Assembly: GCA_951406725.2 (NCBI GenBank)
Contig: OX597833.1
Coordinates: 45,942,001 to 46,006,000, forward strand
Direction: 5' to 3'
Source of the DNA: Octopus vulgaris
Lineage: Eukaryota
DNA: 64,000 nucleotides
Below the pieces are notes generated by a model, which was not told the DNA's origin, did no database searches, and worked only from the letters and a program-made list of their open reading frames with translations. This document shows, in pieces, positions 32,985 through 45,785 of the stretch. Position 1 is the stretch's first letter; every line of letters begins with the position of its first letter. Both the position numbers and the translations under genes were made by a program.

Positions 32985-33886
32985 GGGGCTATTTGGCGTT
33001 GTGGTGGGGGTCTACTGTTTAAAGGGAGATTACTTTCGGTTACTTTTTAGTTTTCGATTTCTAAATTTTTTAAATACTTTTATACATAGCATTGTAAATG
33101 TGTTCTTTTCAAAATTATTACCATTTTAATAATAATAAAACCATGTTTCGTTTATGTCTTAGTAAATGATAATAAAGAACCAAGAATAAGCAATATAATA
33201 ATTAGAATAAGCGTGTAGGTCACAGAAGTGTGGCAGCCGCAAGTTTTGCAAAATTTCACCGTGTGACCCTTCTCTTTCAGCTTCCTTCATTCCTCCACCT
33301 CACTGATGACATGATGCAACGTTTTCTTCATCATCTAAAAGGCCGTTTCTTTGTAAAAGTGCAACTGCCTTCATCTCGTTTGCTGAACACATTGTAAAAT
33401 TGTTTCGCCTCGAATGGGTTCTGTGCCGGTGGCACATAAAAAGCAACATCCGAACGTGGCCGATGCCAGCACCGCCCCGACTGGCTTCTGTGCCGGTGGC
33501 ACATAAAAAGCACCATCCGAACGTGACCGATGCCAGCACCGCCTTGACTGGCTTCTGTGCCGTTGGCACAAAAAAAAAAAAAAAGCACCAACTGATCGTG
33601 GCCGATGCCAAACCCCTCTGGCACCTGTGCAGGTGGCACGTAAAAAGCACCCACTACACTCGCGGAGTGGTTGGCGTTAGGAAGGGCATCCAGCTATAGA
33701 AACACTGCCAGATCAGACTGGAGCCTGGGGCAGCCCCTGGCTCCCCAGACCCCGGTCGAACCGTCCAACCCGTGCTAGCGCGGAAAACGGACGTTAAACG
33801 ATGATGATCTTAAGGGTTTTTAGAAATTGAAAAGTAACCTAAAATAATCGCCCTTTAAATTGTAGATCACACGCCAAAGTAGCTCC
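32985..33886 (-). mobile_element. Merlin-like DNA transposon derivative with 8-bp TSD ACAAAATG
   Basis: GG termini; long imperfect TIRs (ggggctatttggcg...tttaaaggg / ccctttaaa...cgccaaagtagctcc); TSD at 32977-32984 and 33887-33894; remnant peptide NEMKAVALLQRNGLL..C on the minus strand. Confidence 0.65.
33415..33810 (+). mobile_element. RTE 3' UTR-derived repeat nested in a Merlin-like element
   Basis: Four tandem units, core, gatgatgat tail. Confidence 0.8.
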
Positions 33887-34681
33887 ACAAAATGAGCTGA
33901 CAGAACAAATAGGTATTAGATGAATGAGATGTAACGTGTAATAAGGTGACTAAGCTGGTCTGAGTGTGATGTTCATTGAGAGATGATAGTTGTATGAAGA
34001 AGTGATGAATGTTCCAAGTCAAGGAGCCTGCTGAAGGAAAAGATGGGATGAACGCTTACTTCAGAAGGGGGCTGATCTTTAAATAGAAGATAGCTAAGAA
34101 CTGTAATAATTGGCTGGATGCAGAGCTTCTCGTTTCATGGAAGAGTGGAGAAACTAATGTGTTAATTATCGAGCCTTTCTTGGCCAGTAAATTTCAGGAG
34201 TGTGGAAGTCGATTACATGGAACCCATTGTCCACTGGTACTTATTTTTATCAACCCCAAAAGGATAAAAAGTAAAGTTGGAAGAAATGTCCCTAAGCATT
34301 TTGTTCGGTGCAGTAACGGTTCTGCCAGCATAACCGCCTTAACTAGCATACGCAGTTTACGTGAATTTCGTTGTTCAAAAGAGTTATTCCCCTTACATTA
34401 TATATATTTTTTATTGACTTGGAATAATGGAGATGGTTATATCTAATTAAAAAAAACAAAACATTAGCTATTGTTATTAACAATATTCTATCGGTCCCTT
34501 TTGCCGAACCGCTAAGTTACGGAGACGGAAACACACCAGCATTGGTTGTCAAGCGATGTTGGGGACAAACACAAACACACACACATATATATGCTGAAAA
34601 CTGAATCTTTGGATTCGCTTGAAATAAGATTCCCAGAAATAAATGTCATTCCAGCAATTCTTTTAATAAAATCATTGAAAT

Positions 34682-35126
34682 CGAAAATTAAACCGTTATG
34701 AAAACCTCCTCGAGGAATGTGAAGACGCAGGCTGGAAAGCGGAACATTTTCCTATCGAAGTCGGATGTAGAGGGTTTGTAGGACACAGCGTGAGACGACT
34801 GTTGTTATCGTTAGGCCTAACTCATCGTAAAGTCAATACCACCATGACTGATATCCAATCTACAGCGGAGAAGGCTAGCCACTGGATTTGGTTAAAAAGA
34901 GACGATGAGCGATGGCTAGAAGTATATTGAGTTCTTCATAACCAGCTGATCTAGCAAGCGGGGCCTCATATCAGTGAGGGGGGGCCGGTGCGCATTGATG
35001 CCGTCGAGAGGTAGGCCCCGAAACGGCGCGCATTCTCTCCTGATGACCCCATACACTTGCTAGCTTCCGATATACGGAGCTTTTAACTGGTAGCACTTGC
35101 ATGTGCAAGTTGTTTGCAAGATACCT
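34682..35126 (+). mobile_element. 5'-truncated HERO-clade non-LTR retrotransposon (restriction-like endonuclease C-terminus and 3' UTR)
   Basis: 34682-34930 translates RKLNRYENLLEECEDAGWKAEHFPIEVGCRGFVGHS...AEKASHWIWLKR...* (no Met start, so absent from the track); flanked by a ~40-bp direct repeat. Confidence 0.75.
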
Positions 35127-35379
35127 AGAAATAAATGTCATTCCAGCTATTCTTTTAATAAAATCAGCCTCATAATGAAATCGAATTATATTTTCCTTGC
35201 TAATTATGAAACTTCGTTTCTCCTAAAATCGTAAATCATTTTATTTACAAATAGGATCTGAAATTGTCCATCTCAGGTCATTCTGAGCTATATTGATTTG
35301 ACCAACAAGATCAAAGGCGAGTAGTAAGGTAAAACAGTATACTAATTTTAAATTTTGGCGCAATGCCAGCAATTTCAGG

Positions 35380-36150
35380 GAAGAGATTAAGTCGATTATA
35401 TCAACCGAAATGCTCAACTGCTACTTTTTGGTGATCCCACAAAGGATGAATGCCAAAATCGTCCTCGGCGGAAATTGAACTCAGAACATAAAGATGGACG
35501 AAATGCCGCTATTGATTTTGCCTGGCGTGCTAACGATTCTGCCAGTTCGCCACCCTTAAGGTAAAGTAAAAACATTGATAATAAATTGCTAATGAATATT
35601 TGGTGTCTTAATGATCCTTATTTCTTTATTGCCTTTCATCCTTTCGGGGTCGATAAATTAAGTACCAGTTACGCACTGGGGTCGATGTAATCGACTTAAT
35701 CCGTTTGTCTGCCCTTGTTTGTCCTCTCTGTATTTAGCCCCATATGGGTAGTAAAGAAATAGGTATTTCGTCTGCCGTTACATTCTGAGTTCAAATTCCG
35801 CCGAGGTTGACTTTGCCTTTTCATCTTTTCGAGGTCGATAAATTAAGTACCAGTTACGCACTGGGGTCGATGTAATCGACTTAATACCTTTGTCTGTCCT
35901 TGTTTGTCCCCTCTATGTTAGACCCTTGTGGACAATAAAGAAATAAAAGTCGTTAGCATGCCGGGCGAAATGCTTGGGGCAATTTCACCCATCGCTACGT
36001 TCAGAGTTCAAATTCCGTCGAGGTCGACTTTACCTTTCATCCTTTGTGGAGTCGATTAATTTGAGTACCAGTGAAACACTGGGGTAGATGTAATCGACTA
36101 ATTTCCCTCCCACAAAATTTCAGGCCTTGTGCCTATAGCAGAAAGAATTA
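35380..36150. mobile_element. Cluster of SINE family B copies (one minus, then tandem plus copies)
   Basis: Meta-like core repeated at ~35630, ~35815 and ~36030; reverse copy at 35380-35555. Confidence 0.75.
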
Positions 36151-36660
36151 TTATTATTTGGATAGTCCATCTGTTACCGGATGCACCCGATCTACTAAAA
36201 ATAGCAACCAGTCCTCGCTCATATATCATAGTTTATTGTCTTTAAAAATAATAATAAATAACGGAAATGGCACAGTTAAAAATACTACTGGATACATTAA
36301 AAATGGGATGGTCATGGTGGGAACTCCTTTTAGATCAGACAAGAAAGAAAGGCATAACAAGTATTTTCTTGAAGCTAAAACAATGAAACGTAATGCAAAA
36401 GCTGTTTAATGTCTTTTAGAAGGGTACATAACTCTTGCTTACCTCAGTATTTTTCTTTTTCATTTTCATTTATTTTTAAGATGAGCAGGAAAATGGCGGT
36501 ATTTTAACTTGTATAAGCAACCCTTTTTTGTCAAAAATTAGGTTTAAAAAATATGGAAGTTTCTTATACATGGATAGTATTATAATCTTTTACAATACCT
36601 TTTTTTTTCAAATTATAAGCCAAAACAATTAGGTGGGTTCCTTATACAAGTTAAAATACA

Positions 36661-37035
36661 GTACTCTTTTACTTGTTTCAGTCATTTGACTGTGGCCATG
36701 CTGGAGCACTGCATTTAATCGAGCAAATCGTCCCCAGGACTTATTCTTTGTAAGCCTTGTACTTATTCTATCGGTGCCTTTTGCCGAACCGCTAAGTTAC
36801 GGAGACGTAAACACACCAGCATTGGTTGTCAAGCGATGTTGGGGACAAACACACATCACACACATATATATATAACGGGCTTCTTTCAGTTTCCGTCTAC
36901 CAAATCCACTCACAAGGCTTTGGTCGGCCCGAGGCTATAGTAGAAGACACTTGCCCAAGGTGCCACGCAGTGGGACTGAACCTGAAACCATGTGGTTGGC
37001 AAGCAAGCTACTTACCACACAGCCACTCTTACGCC
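36661..37035 (-). mobile_element. SINE family A, near full length
   Basis: Reverse complement of the family consensus. Confidence 0.85.
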
Positions 37036-37439
37036 TATTTTCACGGCTTATTATTTTTTGCCGTGAAAAGAGGGAAATATTTCGTTGGTATTATACCAAA
37101 ATGTCGTAAGTCCAAAACATTGCTTTTTCAGAAAACGATAAAATACTTTCACCATTCCATAGTAAAACCGTTGTACTACACTTTGACAATTTTTGATATC
37201 TTGGCATCTGAACCAGCTGGAGATACGATAGTTTGACCAAAAGAACTTGCTATTGCAAGCATAAATATATATCGAGAGAAAAACACATTTGACCAAATTT
37301 GAATATACGACAGTTTAAAATACTAGCAACGATTTCCTGTTTGTACTTGGTTTGCCCAATTCTTGATGTGAAATAGCGAAAAACATTGACTTAATTCGGC
37401 AAGATGTAGTTTCTTTGCTTATATTAATTCATCAGGGCA

Positions 37440-37995
37440 ATATATACGGAGTAACTTTACATAAGGAAATGGAACGTACAACTTCGTGCATTTCAGACCG
37501 TTTCATGATCCCACCAGACAAAATTGAGAAGGTGTTGCCCCGGGAGATGCGCTGGAGTAGCCACTCTGACTCAGGGGTCTCACACTTGCGGACTGTCATC
37601 TCGGTCCCGATAGCGGTGAGCAGGGATATGGTCCGGGGACCAAGAACGCCGGAGGTTTCCACTGCCACAGGCTCAACCATAAACCTGTCAGGGAGCGACC
37701 TATACCTTGTCAGTTGGCTTTTCGCAGCTTGACGAGCAGCAGAGCCTGGGCTAGTAGCTGAACAGGCCAAATTGCCACTAGAGGTGGTGCTACAATCTAT
37801 AGCATCCCACCACAGGACGGTAAAATTGTCAAACCGTCAGACCTTTTTACCATTCCTTCGGTCTAGTCCCGTTGGCTCGAGCTGGAATAGGAAGCCTGCT
37901 ACATTTAGACCACGCCTGGCGTGGAGTGGAAGGCACCCAACACGATAACAGCATGGTAGTGGGTTGGGGCCGAAAGAATCCACAGTGGGTTCATG
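37440..37995 (-). pseudogene. CRE-like non-LTR retrotransposon fragment (RLE domain)
   Basis: LEPTGLDR..DGLTI..WD...GSAA...RY..L...PVAVETSGVLG...WLLQRIS..RGN..SILSG, frameshifted. Confidence 0.7.
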
Positions 37996-38134
37996 AGGTT
38001 TAGGTTATGTTTTGAAACAGATTTTGTTGTATCATATGAGGGTCATTATGCCAATAGAAACACACGCACTGGTTCTATTTCACTTATTATTTTTATTATT
38101 ATTATTACTATTATTATTATAAGTAGTAGTAGGG

Positions 38135-38530
38135 TTAGCACGCTGGGTGAAATGCTTAGCGGTATTTCGTTTGCCGCTACGTTCTGAGTTCAAATTCCAC
38201 CGAGGTCGACTTTGCCTTTCATCCTTTCGGGGTCGATAATCTAAGTACCAGTTACGCACTGGGGTCGATGTAATCGACTTAATCCGTTTGTCTGTCCTTG
38301 TTTATCCTATGTGTTTAGCCCCTTATGGGTAGTAAAGAAATAGGTATTTCGTCTGCCTTTACGTTCTGAGTTCAAATTCCTCCGAGGTCGACTTTGCCTT
38401 TCATCCTTTCGGGGTCGATTAAATTAAGTACCAGTTACACACTGGGGTCGATGTAATCGACTTAATCTCTTTGTCTGTTTTTGTTTATCCCCTCTATGTT
38501 TAGCCCCTTGTGGGCAATATAAGAAATAAG
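38135..38530 (+). mobile_element. Tandem dimer of SINE family B
   Basis: Unit restarts at ggtatttcgtctgcc (~38343). Confidence 0.8.
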
Positions 38531-38981
38531 AAACTAATATGGAGGTAAACAACAACATATCCACCAGTGAAGTGATACATTCACGTTTTTCTAAATATCT
38601 TGGCATTTTCCTTACTCGAATTAAAGTAAAACAGAGACGAATTAATTCACCACACACACATACACACTTGGTAATTAAAACAGCATACGAGAATGGCAGA
38701 TTTAAGAAGTTTTTTTTGTTTTTTTCTCAGACATAATATATCTGGGACTACATGAAATATCGTAACCTTCCTAACTTAAGGTGGTTGAGAATTGTTTGTC
38801 AGCTATTTCTAGCAGGTCGAGTGACCACTAGGGGCTCCCACGTTCCCAGCTCGTTTTGGAAAAAGCCTGGATTTATCTGCGAAGAAAAGCAAATCTGCTA
38901 GAAAGGAAATCCATTCCTTGATACCTGTACGATCTTATTAGGATTAAGGGAATTGCATCTAATCCACTTAACCAGCTAACC

Positions 38982-39014
<33 letters not shown>

Positions 39015-39433
39015 TACATAAGTAGAGAAGATCTTTAAGCTGATCCATCATGACACGGAGATAATCCACAGTTTTAAATCATCGATAAAGCAGTTATTAA
39101 TTATGATAGTTGATTGATTAGTATCGAAGTCGATACTTGAATTAGTATGATTTTGATAAAAAAAAAATAGGGCATAGTCGTTAGACGTTATATCGTTGTT
39201 TGTTCCAACTCTCTGTACTCCGAGTTCAATACCCACCGAAGATGACTCTGCCGTATATCCTTTCGGGGTCGATTAAACAACTACCAATAACCACATCTGC
39301 TGCTACTTATATGACCCAACAACAATTAGAAGGAAATGAAATTTCAGCACCTTGTGAATTTTGTTAGAAAAACAGGTGAAATTCCAGAACTGATATCATG
39401 ACAGAGTAATTTGATTTAATTTATTTTAATTTG

Positions 39434-39695
39434 TGTTGTGTCTGGGGAAAGTCATTTTCTTTTTGTGCCTTATAATTTAACACACTCAGCGGTAAAATTT
39501 ACACTTATTTCTTATTTTTATTTTCCTAAAATTTTCGTTGCATCTTGCAACCTTTTCTATAGTCAAGACTACTAAAAAAGGCTGCAAAACGCAACGAATA
39601 TTTTAGGAAAATAAAAATAAGAAATGTGGAAATTTTACCGCTGAGTGTGTTAAATTATAAGACACAAAAAGAAAATGAATCTCCTCAGACATAAT
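39434..39695. repeat. ~130-bp-arm fold-back repeat
   Basis: Arms meet at tagtc-aa-gacta; each arm has gttgc-loop-gcaac-gaaa followed by aataaa. Confidence 0.8.
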
Positions 39696-40150
39696 AGAAT
39701 ATGCTTCAACACACGAACTCACATAAAGAATCTTGCAAACCAAATCCAAAAACGAAATTATTTTGATTTATTTCCCCTTTTTATTTCAGCATGGCTAAAT
39801 TGTCTTTTGAAACGGTTGAAACCGGTTGCACATTTTCTCTCGTTTATATATGTGTGTGTGTGTGCGCGCGCGCTCGTGTGTGGATAGATCGTGTGCATAA
39901 TTTTGCTTAATATAGCATCAAATTGATGAGAGAGACTAGTATCTCTCTGGATATACCACCAATTTATCACATGTAACATTTCCCTCAGAAAGATCATGTA
40001 TTAATTTATTCAGCACACTAGAGTCAACAACGTAAAAGTTAGGAGGACCTCTATCCAGACACATAATGAAATCGTAGAGAGATATATTGACTCTGTGAAT
40101 GATCATGTAGAGCTGTGCTCCGCAACCTTTTTACACTTGCGGTACTATTT

Positions 40151-40678
40151 TACTCTTTTACTTGTTTCAGTCATTTGACTGTGGCCATGCTGGAGCACCG
40201 CCTTTAGTCGAGCAAATCGACCCCAGGACTTATTCTTTGTAAGCCTAGTACTTATTCTATCGGTGTCTTTTGCCGAACAGCTAAGTTATGGGGACGTAAA
40301 CACACCACCATCGGTTGTCAAGCGATGTTGGGGGGACAAACACAGACACGCATACATATACACACACATATATATGTATGTATATATGTATGTGTGTGTC
40401 GTATATATGCATATATATATATATATGTGTGTGTGTATGTATGTGTATGTATATGTATGTATGTGTGTATATGTATGTGTGTCTGTGTTTGTCCCTCCCA
40501 ACATCGCTTGACAACCGATGTTGGTGTGTTTACGTTACCGTAACTTAGCGGTTCGGCAAAAGACACCGATAGAATAAGTACTAGGCTTACAAAGAATAAG
40601 TCCTGGGGTCGATTTGTTCGACTAAAGGCGGTGCTCCAGCATGGCCGCAGTCAAATGACTGAAACAAGTAATAGAGTA
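40151..40678. repeat. Inverted pair of SINE family A 3' halves around a microsatellite (about 200-bp arms)
   Basis: 40151-~40350 is the reverse complement of ~40478-40678 with few mismatches. Confidence 0.9.
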
Positions 40679-40737
40679 ACTACTGATGTAGATAAACGTC
40701 CTGATACTTATTTATTTGATCACACACACACACATAT

Positions 40738-40975
40738 AATCGTTGTTATTATGTTAAACTGTCGTATGTCCAAATTTGGCCAAATGCCGTTTTTACAATA
40801 TTTATTTTTGCTTGCAATAGCTAGTTCTTTTGGTCAAACTATCGTATCTCCAGCTGCTTCAGATGCCAAGATATCAAAAATTGTCAATGTGTAGTATAAC
40901 GGTTTTGCTATTTTTTTCGTTTTCTGAAAAAGCAACGTGTTGATCTTACAACACTTTTGCAGAATAGCAACGATA
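40738..40975. mobile_element. ~240-bp MITE family; other copies at 37081-37335 (reverse) and 45780-46030
   Basis: Short TIR atcgttgttatt / aatagcaacgat and a shared interior across three loci. Confidence 0.7.
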
Positions 40976-40978
40976 TAT

Positions 40979-41550
40979 ATATTGGGTTGTCCGGAAAGTT
41001 CGTGCCGATTTTTAAAGGAAAGAAAAAGGTCAATAAATACTTGCCATTACATTTTTAATCAACCAAATATGAACCATTTTGTTGCACAATGCGTCTCCAT
41101 CTTTCCTTTAACTTGAAAATATCCTCTTCCCAGAATTGTATTGGTTTCATGGTAAAGAATTCATCAAGGTATCTTTTTACGTTATACAAGGAATTGAAAT
41201 TTTTACAATTAAGACTATTCTGCAGAGACCTGAATAAGTGGAAATCCGAAGGAGCAATATCTGGTGAATATGGAGGGTGGGGTAACACATCCCAGCCGAG
41301 CTGCAGCAATTTTTGTTTTGTTCCCAAAGCATCAAGTGTCGAAAATGAACTTTGTTATCTTCCATTTTAAAGGGTTACAGAATTAACACAGGTTATAGGA
41401 ACATAAACCTTCTTCCACGAAAAGATAGATTAAATTGTGCTCTAAATGGACGTGTAGTCAAATCCTATTTTATGGACTCAACCATATTCTAAATAAGTCA
41501 AAAGGTAAGCTACTATAAATCGGCATGAACTTTCCGGACAACCCAATATA
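40979..41550 (-). mobile_element. Internally deleted mariner in a (TA)n tract
   Basis: TIRs ttgggttgtccggaaagttcgtgccgattt / aaatcggcatgaactttccggacaacccaa; MEDNKVHFRHLML fused to LPHPPYSPDIAPSDFHLF. Confidence 0.9.
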
Positions 41551-41629
41551 TATATATATATATATACCCCACGCCATAGTGCTCGAGTCCTTGTTTAACA
41601 TATTTAGCATTTATTGGGTCGCTATCCTC

Positions 41630-42020
41630 TACACCACCACCATCATCACCACCATCACCACCACCATCATCAACACCATCATCACATACATCTCTACTAC
41701 TACTACTACTGCTGGCACCACAGCCGCCACCATCAACACATACAATACCGCCACCATCGTCATCATTATCATCACATACATCACAACCACCACCACCATC
41801 ACCATCACCGCCGCCACCAACGCTAATGCGACGACGATCACCACTATCATCATTAATACAACCAAATAAATCACTACCACCACTATCATCGCCAACATCA
41901 CAACCACCACCACCACCACCATCAACATTATCACAGCATACATCCCCAGTACCACTACCACCATCACCACCACCTCCACCATCGTCACCAACATCAGCAA
42001 ATACACCACTGATACCATGA
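41630..42020. repeat. Degenerate (CAC/CAT)n trinucleotide tract
   Basis: Directly visible. Confidence 0.9.
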
Positions 42021-42221
42021 CTAAGCATCTCCAACAGCTGATTGTATTATTTGCTATCAGTTTACATTAATTTGCTCATAATCAACCAATACTGCATAAC
42101 AATATCTGGCAGACGACACTGTCTGCTGTCTTCACGTTTGAAGCATCTTATAAAGTAGTGCGGCCTTCTACCTAACCGTATAGTCTTCTCTGTCCTTCAA
42201 ATGTCACGCACACACACGTAC

Positions 42222-42235
42222 GTACGTATGTATGC

Positions 42236-42287
<52 letters not shown>

Positions 42288-42508
42288 GTATGTATATATA
42301 TATATGTATGTATGTATATATATATATGTATGTATGTATATATATATATGTATGTATGTATATATATATATGTATGTATGTATATATATATATGTATGTA
42401 TGTATATGTATATATATATGTATGTATGTATATATATATGTATGTATGTATATGTATATATATGTATGTATGTATATATATATATGTATGTATGTATATA
42501 TATGTATG

Positions 42509-42547
<39 letters not shown>

Positions 42548-43630
42548 GTATGTATATATATGTATGTATGTATGTATATATATGTATGTATGTATATATA
42601 TATGTATGTATGTATGTATATATATGTATGTATGTATGTATATATATGTATGTATGTATGTATATATATGTATGTATGTATGTATATATATGTATGTATG
42701 TATGTATATATATGTATGTATGTATATATATATGTATGTATGTATATATATATATGTATGTATGTATATATATATATGTATGTATGTATATATATATATG
42801 TATGTATGTATATATATATATGTATGTATGTATATATATATATATGTATGTATGTATATATATGTATGTATGTATGTATATATATGTATGTATGTATATA
42901 TATATATGTATGTATGTATATATATATATGTATGTATGTATATATATATATGTATGTATGTATATATATATATGTATGTATGTATATATGTATGTATGTA
43001 TATATATGTATGTATGTATGTATATATATATATGTATGTATGTATATATATATATGTATGTATATATATATGTATGTATGTATATATATATATGTATGTA
43101 TATATATATGTATGTATGTATGTATATATATATATGTATGTATGTATATATATATATATGTATGTATGTATATATATATATGTATGTATGTATATATATA
43201 TATGTATGTATGTATATATATATATGTATGTATGTATATATATGTATGTATGTATATATATATATGTATGTATGTATATATATATATGTATGTATGTATA
43301 TATATATATGTATGTATGTATATATATATATGTATGTATATATATATATGTATGTATGTATATATGTATGTATGTATATATGTATGTATGTATGTATATA
43401 TATGTATGTATGTATATATATGTATGTATGTATATATATGTATGTATGTATGTATATATATGTATGTATGTATATGTATGTATGTATATATATCTATGTA
43501 TGTATGTATATATATGTATGTATGTATGTATATATATGTATGTATGTATGTATATATATGTATGTATGTATGTATATGTATGTATGTATGTATGTATATG
43601 TATGTATGTATGTATATATATGTATGTATG

Positions 43631-43663
<33 letters not shown>

Positions 43664-43867
43664 ATGTATGTATGTATGTATATATATGTATGTATGTATG
43701 TATATATATGTATGTATGTATGTATATATATGTATGTATGTATATATATGTATGTATGTATGTATATATGTATGTATGTATATATATGTATGTATGTATA
43801 TATATATATATGTATGTATGTATATATATATATGTATGTATGTATATATATATATGTATGTATGTAT

Positions 43868-43917
<50 letters not shown>

Positions 43918-44070
43918 ATATATATATGTATGTATATATATATGTATGTATGTATGTATATATATATGTGTATGTATGTATGTATATATATATATATATT
44001 ATATGTATGTATATATGTATGTATATATGTATGTATATATGTATGTATATATATGTGTATGTATGTATGT

Positions 44071-44102
<32 letters not shown>

Positions 44103-44342
44103 TGTATATGTGTATATATGTATGTATATATATATGTATGTATATATATATGTATGTATATATGTATGTATGTATATATGTATGTATGTATGTATATATG
44201 TATGTATGTATGTATATATATGTATGTATGTATGTATATATATATATATGTATGTATGTATATATATATATATGTATGTATGTATATATATATGTATGTA
44301 TGTATATATATATGTATGTATGTATATATATATATATGTATG

Positions 44343-44385
<43 letters not shown>
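42222..44385. repeat. ~2.2-kb compound (TATG)n/(TA)n microsatellite array
   Basis: Directly visible; source of the spurious 720-aa ORFs. Confidence 0.97.
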
Positions 44386-44392
<7 letters not shown>

Positions 44393-44635
44393 TATATATA
44401 GTAATAGTGTGACAACAAAAGAATGATTGAGACCTCAATATTATGTAAATAGAGGAATTCGTCTGTAATATAATATGTGACAATTATTTGGTTGCCACAA
44501 TGTCGGGCCGGAAATCTGCTCCGGCATCTCGTCAGTTATTAAGACAAACAAAAATGCTACCAGCGTACCCTTCATCATATATAAAGTAATCACATTCGTT
44601 TAAAATGTCTTATGCGTTTTGTTTCCCTTTTTTTT

Positions 44636-44730
44636 TTACCCTGATGAGAAGATTGCATTGTTTTACATAATTATATTCCTTCTGGAATAATACCAATCTT
44701 TTCTTCGAAACGTATGTCGGAAGTATAAAG
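44636..44730 (+). ncRNA. Hammerhead-like motif (Penelope pseudo-LTR type) next to the large microsatellite
   Basis: cc CTGATGA gaagattg ... caatcttttc ttc GAAAC GTAT GTC gg; stem I is short and stem II register is imperfect. Confidence 0.5.
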
Positions 44731-45091
44731 ATTTGAATAGCATCTGCGTTTAATTCCATTAATTTATCTATTTATCTATGACATTCAAAAACATTTCACC
44801 AAAACCTGGAATTTCTACCTTTATAAGTAAGCTGTTACATCCTTGGTACTTGTGTGGATTTTTGCTATCCTGGTAACTATTTATTTTTTCTGTGTTATTT
44901 GTAAACATTGAAAATATACACATACATTTACATACATATATATATATCAATTTAATTGGAGGATTTGTTAACCTCGTGAAAGGATGGTCGGATCCAAGGT
45001 GGTTCAATACCTAGTACTCTTGGGGAATGAAATTCCCTTAAAACAATAGGTACATACTAAGCATATAACTTATATTCACTTATATATATAT

Positions 45092-45455
45092 AGGCGCAGC
45101 GTGGCTGTGTGGTAAGAAGCTTGCTTCCCAACCACATGGTTCCGGGTTCAGTTCCACTGCGTGGCACCTTGAACAAGTGTCTCGTACTATAACCTCAGGC
45201 CGACCAAAGCTTCGTGAGTGGATTTGTAGACGAAAACTGAAAGAAGCCCGTTGTATATAGATATATGCATATATTTGTGTGTGTGTGTCTGTGCTTGTCC
45301 CCCCGCCATCGCTTGACAACCGATGTTGGTGTGTTTACGTCCCCGTAACCTAACGATTCAGCAAAAGGGACCGATAGAATAAGAATTAGGCTTACAAGGA
45401 ATAAGTCCTGTACTCCAGCATGGCCGCAGTCAAATGACTGCAACAAGTAAATGGA
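45092..45455 (+). mobile_element. SINE family A
   Basis: Family A head and tail. Confidence 0.85.
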
Positions 45456-45713
45456 TAAATGAATATACACATATATGTATAAATATACATATGTATGTAA
45501 TATATATATATATATATATATACGTATACATACATATATATGCATATATATATATATGGATATATAATTATAAGATTCAAAGATCTAAGTGTATGAAGTT
45601 TGTAAGCTTCGAGCAGTCTGTAGTAGATATAAAAAATAGCGTTAAAGAACTATAATAGTTTATTGGCATCGAAGGTGGTAGGCTTTTCCGATATATATAC
45701 CGACATATATACA

Positions 45714-45785
<72 letters not shown>

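Noticed and set aside
33415-33660. Regularly spaced gtgccggtggcacataaaaagcacc units resembling a CRISPR array
   Set aside because: The intervening sequences are homologous to each other, the context is a eukaryotic LINE 3' UTR, and there are no cas genes
41513-42034. Gly/Asp-, His-, Thr- and Pro-rich ORFs
   Set aside because: Degenerate CAC/CAT trinucleotide tract, open in several frames, with no splice or domain evidence
42201-44412. Three overlapping 720-aa ORFs
   Set aside because: Translation of a (TATG/TA)n microsatellite that lacks stop codons; only M/Y/V/C/I residues
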